A stretch of 16,359 nucleotides of DNA from Bdellovibrionota bacterium (GTDB lineage: Bacteria > Bdellovibrionota > UBA1018 > UBA923), in assembly GCA_040754655.1 (NCBI GenBank), contig JBFMCE010000088.1:1-16359 (forward strand). Direction: 5' to 3'. Both the position numbers and the translations under genes were made by a program. Below are positions 7,353 to 15,247 of this stretch, one piece after another (within the stretch, counting starts at the first letter, position 1; each line of letters begins with the position of its first letter). Below the pieces are notes generated by a model that was not told where the DNA came from, ran no database searches, and saw nothing but the letters and a program-made list of their open reading frames with translations.

Positions 7353-8711
7353 ATGCGTTTTTTAGCGGTGATACTCTTCGCATTCGTGTCAGTTCAAGCC
7401 GTCGCAAGCGCCAACTCAGATCGTTTCGAGAAGCTGCAGTCGGTATTGAAGCATTTTGGCATTGCCCAAGAACCTTCCTACGCGCAACTCACGGCGACCT
7501 TTGACGGCGCACAGACAAACGAGCACTTCACTGAGCTTTTGCAGCACATTGATCCCGCCAAGACGCTAGCCAGGTATGCCAGTTGGGATTCCAAGAAGCT
7601 GGTTTTATTCCAAGACCGCGACTCAAAAACCAAGGTCGATTTTTCATTGGCATTCAAACCCGACGGCGTTCCGAAAGATCCAAGTCAAAACATCTATCAG
7701 TTACAGCGGATCGCGAAGACGGCCCCGCGATCCGCTCCTCTTACAGGTTTGCGCGTTGCACTTGATCCCGGTCATATGGGGGGCAGGAAATGGGACAAGC
7801 GCACCGGGAAGTATCTCTTGATTGATGGGAAGCATCACCTGAGCGAAGGCGTGCTCACGCTGCATACCTGCTTGCTCTTGGCAAAAGAGCTGGAGGCGCT
7901 CGGGGCCACGGTCTTTCTCACCAGGACAACGCTTGGCCCAGTTGAAGACAAGATCGATCCCGACCGTTTCGACCTTTCGCCACATGTGAAACAAGAGATC
8001 CGCGCCTCAAGCGACCTGGGCTGGTTTGATGCCTTGTTAGAGAAGTTTACGATGGGGCAGCGCCTGTTTCGGGCTTTTGATCAACATCCCGAGATACGAA
8101 AAATCCGGGGCAAAAACCGCTACGCCCATTTCAATGACAGAGTCGATCTGGCGGCTCGCGCGGTTAAGATCAACTCCTTCAAACCTCATCTGACTTTGAT
8201 CATCCACTTTGATTTCGTGGGCGAGAGGACAAAGACCCAAAGAAACACAAATCTAGTTCGCGCTTACATACCGGGCAACATCTTGCCACACGAACTTGCG
8301 ACCAGAGAACTTCGAGCCAAACTTGTGCAAACTCTTTTTGATTACCACCGTTGGGAAGAGTCGCGGCACCTTTCAAGAAAACTGGTTCAAAACCTCGCTG
8401 AAATCGCTGGCATCAAGAAGAAAACCAGCCAGACCGACCACAAGGCAAAAAAGGTTGAAGATGGGATATACGCGAGAAACCTTGCGCTCACCAGGCTCAT
8501 CCAGGAAGGCGCCCTGAGTTACCTTGAAGTCCTTCACTACAACCACGAAAGCGAGTTCCACCGGCTCTACGCCCAAAACCGACGCTCTGAGCACCGAGGA
8601 ATAAAATTCGACCATTCGAGCAGGCTTCATGATATCGTCGCGGGCCTCAAGCAAGGTGTTTTAGATTATGTCGGCACAGTGGAACAATGGCCTTTGGCAC
8701 GCTTACAGTGA
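7353..8711 (+). CDS. Exported N-acetylmuramoyl-L-alanine amidase (Amidase_3 family, Zn-dependent)
   Basis: Signal peptide MRFLAVILFAFVSVQAVASA (ATG 7353 preferred over GTG 7332). Family motifs VALDPGH, LSE, L...GATVFLTR, L.ARA, LIIHFD and YLE. Confidence 0.85.
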   Translation: MRFLAVILFAFVSVQAVASANSDRFEKLQSVLKHFGIAQEPSYAQLTATFDGAQTNEHFTELLQHIDPAKTLARYASWDSKKLVLFQDRDSKTKVDFSLAFKPDGVPKDPSQNIYQLQRIAKTAPRSAPLTGLRVALDPGHMGGRKWDKRTGKYLLIDGKHHLSEGVLTLHTCLLLAKELEALGATVFLTRTTLGPVEDKIDPDRFDLSPHVKQEIRASSDLGWFDALLEKFTMGQRLFRAFDQHPEIRKIRGKNRYAHFNDRVDLAARAVKINSFKPHLTLIIHFDFVGERTKTQRNTNLVRAYIPGNILPHELATRELRAKLVQTLFDYHRWEESRHLSRKLVQNLAEIAGIKKKTSQTDHKAKKVEDGIYARNLALTRLIQEGALSYLEVLHYNHESEFHRLYAQNRRSEHRGIKFDHSSRLHDIVAGLKQGVLDYVGTVEQWPLARLQ

Positions 8712-9657
8712 TTATTTGAGCTCTCGCTTTGGCGAACGCGTGTACAAAGTCACCGTCTCAGCAGGCTTTACCTGCCCTACTCGCGACGGAACCAAAGGAA
8801 CAAGGGGTTGCTCGTTTTGCGACGAACGCGGTTCGAGCTCTTATTTCAGCGCGGAAAAAGCGTCGCGCTCGGTAACCGAACAGATGCAAAAAACCATGCC
8901 GGAGATCGCCAAACGCTTTCGGGCCTCAAAGTTCCTGGCCTACTTTCAATCGTTCACCAACACCTACGCACCCGTGAATTACCTTCGCGAAGTCTATGAC
9001 GGCGCCTTCAATCTGCCCGATGTCGTGGGAATGGCCGTAGGCACCAGGCCCGACTGCGTGCCGGTCGATGTCTTGGCACTGCTCAACGGCTATGGACGCG
9101 GCGGGCGTTACATCAGCCTTGAACTGGGCCTCCAATCGCTTCGAGACGAGGCATTAGATTTTTATGAACGCGGGCACACGGTTGCCGAAGGCGTTGACGC
9201 CATTCAAAGGGCATTGAAATTCCCGAACTTGAGCGTGTCGGTTCACCTGATGTTTGGCGCCCCTGGCGACACCGTTGAACACGCTATTGAGGCTGCTCGC
9301 AAGATGAACGAGCTCGGCGTGCACGGAGTGAAGATCCACCAGCTCATGGTGTTGAAAGACACCATCTTGGCCGAACGTTACGCCAAGAACCCCTGGCCCC
9401 TTTTGAACATGGATGAGTACAACCAAATGGCGATGGCGTTTTTGGAGCACCTTGACCCGAAGATCCACGTCGAGCGCACCCATGCGCTCTCAAGCCACCC
9501 TGTTGAGCTCGTGGGTCCTGAGTGGTCTGCCCACCGTTTCATCGGCTTGAACGCGCTCAAACGCATGATGCAAGAGAAGAAGAGCTATCAGGGGAAGTCA
9601 CTGGGCGCGCGTTCGAGTGGGAACTTTTTTCCCGCTCACCGATCTTTACTGAGCTAA
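8668..9657 (+). CDS. TIGR01212-family (YhcC/YtqA-like) radical SAM protein
   Basis: GFTCPTRDGTKGTRGCSFC (C-x11-C-x2-C), AYFQSFTNTY, GTRPDC, ELGLQS, RGH, GVKIHQL. Overlaps the amidase 3' end by 44 bp. Confidence 0.93.
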   Translation: MSAQWNNGLWHAYSDYLSSRFGERVYKVTVSAGFTCPTRDGTKGTRGCSFCDERGSSSYFSAEKASRSVTEQMQKTMPEIAKRFRASKFLAYFQSFTNTYAPVNYLREVYDGAFNLPDVVGMAVGTRPDCVPVDVLALLNGYGRGGRYISLELGLQSLRDEALDFYERGHTVAEGVDAIQRALKFPNLSVSVHLMFGAPGDTVEHAIEAARKMNELGVHGVKIHQLMVLKDTILAERYAKNPWPLLNMDEYNQMAMAFLEHLDPKIHVERTHALSSHPVELVGPEWSAHRFIGLNALKRMMQEKKSYQGKSLGARSSGNFFPAHRSLLS

Positions 9658-9726
9658 ATGGTTAAAACCTGAAACCAAACCTCTAGGTCCCCTGTTGAAG
9701 GCCAGAATAAATACCGACATAGATTT

Positions 9727-11337
9727 GTGAAGAACTGCCTGGGTCAGTTAAAACTTATCCTAAACTGCGCTTTGGTTTTGGCGGCCCTTACGCTCGCTTT
9801 TCCGCACAAGGCCCTGACTGGCGAATGTGGCCAGCTTGGCAAGGTCACGGCCCAGTTTGAAAACTCACTTACTCTTACGCGAAATCATGGACCAGACTGG
9901 GTTGAGTCGCTTCCTTCGATTTGGCGCGACGAGCTTCGAGAAAGATTTGAGCCAAACATCAAAGTCGACTTTACCTTAGGCACGAACGCAGGTTCATCGC
10001 GACTAGAATTTTTTAAGGATGGCCTCTTTGGCTACCTTCTTAAGCGAGAAGTGGAAAAAAGCCTCAAGAGGCGAAAGATTGAGGGTACTCCGGTCACCGT
10101 GGAAGTAGTCCTTATTGAAACCCACAGAGCCCTGGAGAAACTGCAGAAGAGCAGGTTTAGATTTTTGTTTAGAGGCCCTTTGCTTGAGAAGGCTCAATCG
10201 CTTTTATTGCATCCTCGAACTCCGGTAGAAAGGTACCGGGTGCTCCACACGCAAAGCCAAGATTATCTCGATGCTTACTACTCAGACATCGAAGGCTATA
10301 AAAAAAGCTACGGCGATGAGTTCTTTTCGGAACAAGCCGTGCGAAAAGCCGCGATGAATGTCTTCTTCATGCGTAAAGTCGCTGATTACGCTGGGCAAAA
10401 ACCCCTCGATCGCCGCGCGATCAACGCGATCGCACTGTTGCATCCGCTCGTCGATGGCTTTCTAGACGGCGGGCATCTCGACAAAAAAAGCGCTCTTAGG
10501 ATTTTTGAGCATCTAAAAGGAAAACCCGCTGAACCTCAAAACAAATATGAAACTCTTATTTTTTCTTATATCTCGGATATTTATGCGCAGTATCCTCCGG
10601 AGGCGCATCCCGACCTGAAGCAGCTTTTAGTCACTCTCTACGGAAAACAATTGCAGAGTATCGGACAAAGAAAGGATTGGGACAGGAAACGAATCTTTGA
10701 CGTCACTGCCGATAAAGGAGGCTTGTCTACCGCTGCTTTCGGATACATCGCCTCAGGAAGGCTCGATCGCAATGAGTTCGAGTTTTTCTACAAGATCGGA
10801 ACGATGTTCCAACTAGGAGATGATTTTACGGATCTGGCGGAGGACGCGGCTGCAGGAATTGGCACTCTTTGGACCCGCGATCTGCGGGAAAAGGGAAGCG
10901 TAAATTCGTCGATCGAAAACTTCCATCGTCTGTACCGTAAAACCGTTCCCGAGTTGGAAAGACTACTTGAGTCATACCCAAACTCAGGAAAAGGGCTCGT
11001 ACAATTCTTCAAAGTAGGCTTTTACTCTCAGCTCTATAGCGCTGGACTTAAAAACTCGACTCATGGGGTTCTTGATGCCTTCTCTCCGCTCATTCGCCTT
11101 CTTCCTCATCCGCTGCAAAGAGAGGAAATCATAATGCGGGTCATAAAGTTTGGGCAGTCATTAGGCGGCCTTCAGGAGGCGACGGCTTTTCCTTATTCAA
11201 AAGAGTTTGAAGTCTTTCTTCTAGATCAAACCTTGGAAGAAACGCTAAAGGACCATTCAAAGTTCCCTCCCGAAATAAGGAGGTTCTTGATTAAAAACCA
11301 AGCGGACCTAAAAAAACTTTCCGATGACCTCAACTGA
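9727..11337 (+). CDS. Class I isoprenoid-synthase (prenyltransferase/terpene synthase) fold protein with N-terminal signal-like peptide
   Basis: First Asp motif LHPLVDGFLD, DKGG at the KT-motif position, second Asp-rich motif FQLGDDFTDLAED...G..T. Hydrophobic residues 10-25. Start codon (GTG) uncertain. Confidence 0.65.
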   Translation: MKNCLGQLKLILNCALVLAALTLAFPHKALTGECGQLGKVTAQFENSLTLTRNHGPDWVESLPSIWRDELRERFEPNIKVDFTLGTNAGSSRLEFFKDGLFGYLLKREVEKSLKRRKIEGTPVTVEVVLIETHRALEKLQKSRFRFLFRGPLLEKAQSLLLHPRTPVERYRVLHTQSQDYLDAYYSDIEGYKKSYGDEFFSEQAVRKAAMNVFFMRKVADYAGQKPLDRRAINAIALLHPLVDGFLDGGHLDKKSALRIFEHLKGKPAEPQNKYETLIFSYISDIYAQYPPEAHPDLKQLLVTLYGKQLQSIGQRKDWDRKRIFDVTADKGGLSTAAFGYIASGRLDRNEFEFFYKIGTMFQLGDDFTDLAEDAAAGIGTLWTRDLREKGSVNSSIENFHRLYRKTVPELERLLESYPNSGKGLVQFFKVGFYSQLYSAGLKNSTHGVLDAFSPLIRLLPHPLQREEIIMRVIKFGQSLGGLQEATAFPYSKEFEVFLLDQTLEETLKDHSKFPPEIRRFLIKNQADLKKLSDDLN

Positions 11338-11396
11338 AGTACCGGTCCCTGCCCGTGATTGTTGAAGTAAATTTGACGTACAAACCAACTCATCAA

Positions 11397-11405
11397 TGGT
11401 ATATT
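11397..11405 (+). promoter_or_regulatory. Putative extended -10 promoter element
   Basis: TG-g-TATATT, 8 nt before ATG 11414. TTGACG at 11373-11378 is too far away (21 bp) to be a canonical -35. Confidence 0.4.
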
Positions 11406-11413
11406 CATGCCCC

Positions 11414-11722
11414 ATGAAAAGAATTTTAAAGCTTTTAAGCTGGCTTCCTCTCGTTGCCGTCATAATTCTCGCGGGATTCTCTCTTTACAAAAACTTGAAA
11501 TACGAGCAAGACCGCGAGCGCGACATCGAAATGCTGAGGCAGGCGGCTCTGCAGGCCATTGAACAGAAAGCGCCCGAAGTCTGCCGAGCTGACGTGCGGC
11601 GCTTTTGCGCAAACGAATCGCTCATGGCGCTGCTTCACTGCCTAGACACCCACCGGTCGAAGTTCACCCCTGAATGCGCCAAGGCTATCGAGGCAATGCT
11701 CAAAGCCGATGAAACACGCTGA
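11414..11722 (+). CDS. Membrane-anchored protein with one cysteine-rich (Cys_rich_FGFR/GLG1-like) repeat
   Basis: N-terminal TM, short helical stalk, then CRADVRRFC...CL......TPEC 4-Cys pattern. ATG 11414 (MKRILK) preferred over 11396. Confidence 0.72.
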   Translation: MKRILKLLSWLPLVAVIILAGFSLYKNLKYEQDRERDIEMLRQAALQAIEQKAPEVCRADVRRFCANESLMALLHCLDTHRSKFTPECAKAIEAMLKADETR

Positions 11723-12923
11723 GATCGCACGTTACTTTTTAAAATTGGGGTTTCTTGGTTTCGGCGGTCCTCTTGCCTTGATGGTAGCCTTTCAACGCGA
11801 CCTCGTTGGCCCTGGCAGGTGGATGAGCCTTGAGCGGTTCTCACAAGCCCTGGCCCTGATCAAAGCCCTTCCGGGCCCTACGGCCACGCAGCTTGCGATC
11901 TACCTTGGCTTCATTCGTGGCGGGCGCATCGGAGGCGCATTGGCGGGAATTTGCCTGATCGCGCCAGCTTTTTTCATGATGGTGGGACTCGCTGCTTTTT
12001 ACGCCTCGGTCGAGTCGTTCGCCTGGAGTAAACCCATTTTATTTGGGATGCAGGCCGCGGCCCTTGGGGTGATCCTTGACGGATTATGGCGACTGGCCCA
12101 GCCTTTGGTGCGCGAGCGCTCGTTCTGGGTAACGACCCTGAGTGCGGCGCTCATCACGCTCTATAAACCTTCTTTAGAACCGATAGCGATCGTGGGTTCA
12201 GGGCTTTTTGGAGTATGGTTTTTGGCCTATCAAACGACGAGAAAAGACAAAGTTGGAAAGCTTTTCTCTCTCGGATCAACGCTTACTGCGATCACCGGGT
12301 CGGGCGTCTCAGACGCCCAAGCTAAAAACCTTGCTGTCGCGGCGGCAGCTACTACGGCAACGGCGACTGCGGCAGCTGCATCACCGGGCATTTCAATTTT
12401 ACTTGGCCAACTTGCAGCGGTAGGCCTTAAAGCAGGCCTTTTTGTTTTCGGAACGGGTCTTGCGATCGTTCCCTTGCTTGCCCATGACGTTGTCGAACAA
12501 CACAAGTGGCTCACCCACGCCCAGTTCATGGATGCCCTGGCCTTTGGCCAAATCACCCCCGGCCCCGTGGTGATCACGATGACTTTCATTGGCTATAAAG
12601 TGGCAGGGCTCGCAGGAGCCATCGTTGCGACCATTTCAATCTTTGCACCTGCCTTTTTCAATATCCTGACATGGTTCCCGATCGCGGAAAAAAAGCTCGC
12701 AGGCTCGCCTTATGCCAGAAGCTTTTCAATATTTGCTCTGGGCGCCGTCGTAGGGTCGATCTTCATCGCAGTGATAAGATTGGCATCGAATGTCTCCCAC
12801 GGAACCACGCATCCAGAGGCATGGGTCTTGGCGGGTTTGGCTTTCTTAATCGCTTTAAAAACAAAAGTCCCCGTTTGGATCACGATCCCGCTTGGCGGGC
12901 TCGTGGGATTCGTTTCGATGTGA
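11709..12923 (+). CDS. chrA: Long-chain chromate ion transporter (CHR family)
   Basis: The N-half matches GG-x12-V-x4-W-x16-PGP exactly. The C-half repeat has FGTG...VV....W...QITPGP. Two homologous halves. Confidence 0.93.
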   Translation: MKHAEIARYFLKLGFLGFGGPLALMVAFQRDLVGPGRWMSLERFSQALALIKALPGPTATQLAIYLGFIRGGRIGGALAGICLIAPAFFMMVGLAAFYASVESFAWSKPILFGMQAAALGVILDGLWRLAQPLVRERSFWVTTLSAALITLYKPSLEPIAIVGSGLFGVWFLAYQTTRKDKVGKLFSLGSTLTAITGSGVSDAQAKNLAVAAAATTATATAAAASPGISILLGQLAAVGLKAGLFVFGTGLAIVPLLAHDVVEQHKWLTHAQFMDALAFGQITPGPVVITMTFIGYKVAGLAGAIVATISIFAPAFFNILTWFPIAEKKLAGSPYARSFSIFALGAVVGSIFIAVIRLASNVSHGTTHPEAWVLAGLAFLIALKTKVPVWITIPLGGLVGFVSM

Positions 12924-12938
12924 TTGCGTTGAAAAAAC

Positions 12939-14819
12939 TCAATACCTTCGAACTTCGAATGAATTTGCGATGTTTTCAGCGAGCTCCGCCACTCTGTAAG
13001 CGATGTTCACAATCCCGTTCGGGCCTCGGATGCGGTAATTAAACGGACCTATTCGTTCGAAACGTTCATCCGTTCCCATCTCTCGAAATGCAGCCGCTCC
13101 CGTGACGATCAAACGTGGCGAGTTTGGACGGTCGTCCAAGCTGAACTGATAACCCGCAGTCAAGTTTTCGCCTCTAAGCGAACTCTCTTTTTGAGTCATC
13201 TTAAGTTTTATCGAAGAGGGTTTAAAACCCGCACTCACAAGTTCGTTTGTGTATCGAGGCACCATGTTTTCATAACCTGCAGCCGTAATAATCCTGTCAA
13301 AAACTTTAGAAGAACCATCACTAAACACGACTCTCAACCGGCCCTCGCTCGTCCTAGAAATGCTCTGGGCGTGCAAACGCGTTGCCGTGAAATTGGCTCG
13401 TCCATACAAACTCGCAAGACTACGATACAACACCTTCCGAAATGACCCTCGCGACTGTTCAGAGCGCCCGGCATCCTGGCGAGCTAAAAACTCTTCCGCA
13501 GTCGCGGCAGGTTGCCCACTCCAGGTAAGTTTAATTGAATCGGCTATCGCCCCTGGACATTGAAATGCATATTCTGTTCCTCGAGGATCGAGCGCCATGA
13601 CGTGTGACGCCAAAATATTTCCGCCATCGCCATCCCCCAACAAGAGAACTTCTTCATTTCTGAAGGCCTCATAGACCGCAGGATCTTTGATGGCGTTCAT
13701 GAAGCCATCAAAGGTAGCGGCCCTGGGAAACCCACCCTTCATTTCACTCTGTAACGTTGAGAACAACGCTTGGCTCTGAGGGTCTGAAAACGGAATCACT
13801 TCAGGACCAAGACCGCCCGAGTAAACCACCAGTGGAGACCTAATGCGCGGGCCCGAGTTTATTTGAAGCGAAAGGTTCCTGGGGTCTTTCTCATTAAAAC
13901 CGATTTCATTGACCCTCTGCTCACTCAGCAGCGGGATGCCCGACCGATGATAGGCCAGAAGAGCGGCGTCTCCGACCCAAGACGCTGGCACAAAGATGAT
14001 CTTCGCTTGGTTTTGATCAGCAGACACCCCTTTGAGCGGCGCCCCCTTGGCGTCGACGTTGATATCAGCGACATAGGCTTGGGCCTCTTTATAGTCTTTT
14101 TCGCTCATCGCAGAAAACTTATTGAAGTACGCGTAATCAAACAATACTCTCGGCAGCAACCCTTCAAAGGCCCGCGGTGAGACAGGAAGAGCGCCGGTCC
14201 CGATCTCAAAAGGACTGAACGGCGAGGCCGGCGACGGGTTGGGATCAAAGCCCATCAAAACCCCGTCGCTTCCAGAGGAAACTTGGGTGTAAAAACTATT
14301 GAGAAGGTAAGGTCTATCTTTAAAGTTGCTCGCGGGTTTAGTCGCTGAAACGATCAATACGCGAGGGATGCGAGCCAAACGCCCCTTTCGGTAAAGAGCT
14401 CGGATCCGATCAGCGAACTTCCCGGCGAATGTCGCCCCATGAAACCCGCCGATAAACACGACATCGAAGTCAGCCACCTCTGAGCTTTGCAAGCTTCGGG
14501 AAATCGCAATCGAGTTTTTATCCAAGGCACGTTCGGCGGCTTGAACTTGCAAGCGGAGTTCTTGGCGAACTTCGTCTCTCGTTTTTTGAGCAATTCTCTC
14601 CAAAGTCTCTTGTCGCACCTCGGCCGCAGTTTTTCCTCGGACAAATTCGGCAGGCGTGGCTAGCTCAACCAAGGGCGCCGCTAATTGAGAAATCTGCGCA
14701 GAGCCTTTAAGGCTCAATAAGCGATCACAGGCTGCTTTCCAGCCCGCAAAACTCGCGGCTGGAAAAGCCACTAGCAAAAAAAGGAGATGTAATTTTATTC
14801 CTAGCTTTTTCAGATCCAT
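12939..14819 (-). CDS. Exported, divergent two-Rossmann FAD/NAD(P)-dependent oxidoreductase-like protein
   Basis: Signal peptide ending SFA. Motifs in the expected order: DFDVVFIGG..G, VVYSGGLG, VLLLGDGDGG, V.FSDG...FDRIITAAGY, LIVTGAA. SD-like AGGTGG upstream. Confidence 0.65.
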   Translation of the reverse strand: MDLKKLGIKLHLLFLLVAFPAASFAGWKAACDRLLSLKGSAQISQLAAPLVELATPAEFVRGKTAAEVRQETLERIAQKTRDEVRQELRLQVQAAERALDKNSIAISRSLQSSEVADFDVVFIGGFHGATFAGKFADRIRALYRKGRLARIPRVLIVSATKPASNFKDRPYLLNSFYTQVSSGSDGVLMGFDPNPSPASPFSPFEIGTGALPVSPRAFEGLLPRVLFDYAYFNKFSAMSEKDYKEAQAYVADINVDAKGAPLKGVSADQNQAKIIFVPASWVGDAALLAYHRSGIPLLSEQRVNEIGFNEKDPRNLSLQINSGPRIRSPLVVYSGGLGPEVIPFSDPQSQALFSTLQSEMKGGFPRAATFDGFMNAIKDPAVYEAFRNEEVLLLGDGDGGNILASHVMALDPRGTEYAFQCPGAIADSIKLTWSGQPAATAEEFLARQDAGRSEQSRGSFRKVLYRSLASLYGRANFTATRLHAQSISRTSEGRLRVVFSDGSSKVFDRIITAAGYENMVPRYTNELVSAGFKPSSIKLKMTQKESSLRGENLTAGYQFSLDDRPNSPRLIVTGAAAFREMGTDERFERIGPFNYRIRGPNGIVNIAYRVAELAENIANSFEVRRY

Positions 14820-14926
14820 CTACAGAACCACCTGACAATATTAAATAATCTCAAGGCTTTAACTTATCTGACTTAAAAAGTCAAATAAACAAGACTGAGT
14901 CTTTCCCTTTGTAAGACAAACCCGAT

Positions 14927-14934
14927 GCCGATAA
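14927..14934 (+). promoter_or_regulatory. Possible sigma28 (FliA) -10 element
   Basis: Exact GCCGATAA in intergenic DNA, 19 nt before ATG 14954. TAAG lies 11 nt upstream, which is non-canonical -35 spacing. Confidence 0.4.
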
Positions 14935-14953
14935 AATCAACGCTGGATCTCTT

Positions 14954-15244
14954 ATGAATGAGAATCGTTTAAACAGGGTGATCGCTTCAGTCGCAGGATG
15001 CCTTGGTGCCGACTTCGTTTCAGGGTTTTTGATGGCGCTTCCATTTCAGTTTATCGCGCTTTACCTCATCGAGCCCGGACACACTTTCGCGCTTTTCATC
15101 GCCTGCCTGTTTGCATCACAGTGCATTTGCGGCGTGCTCACCAACCAAATCCACAAGTGGTCGCACCAAGACCAGGTATCATCTCTCATAAGAACACTGC
15201 AAATTTCGGGCGTCATTCTTTCACCCAAAAAACAGGAGACTTAA
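14954..15244 (+). CDS. Small hypothetical membrane protein (about 2 TM)
   Basis: 96 aa with two hydrophobic segments. Fills the gap and ends 3 nt before the next gene. No clear SD. Confidence 0.5.
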   Translation: MNENRLNRVIASVAGCLGADFVSGFLMALPFQFIALYLIEPGHTFALFIACLFASQCICGVLTNQIHKWSHQDQVSSLIRTLQISGVILSPKKQET

Positions 15245-15247
15245 ATC

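Noticed and set aside
10708..10721. GCCGATAA followed by AGGAGG inside the isoprenoid-synthase-like gene
   Set aside because: It encodes the A-D-K-G-G motif, so protein constraint explains it. It also shows that the sigma28 box can occur by chance.
12302..12318. Perfect inverted repeat GGGCGTCT-c-AGACGCCC in chrA
   Set aside because: Single copy within coding sequence with no U-tract; compatible with chance.
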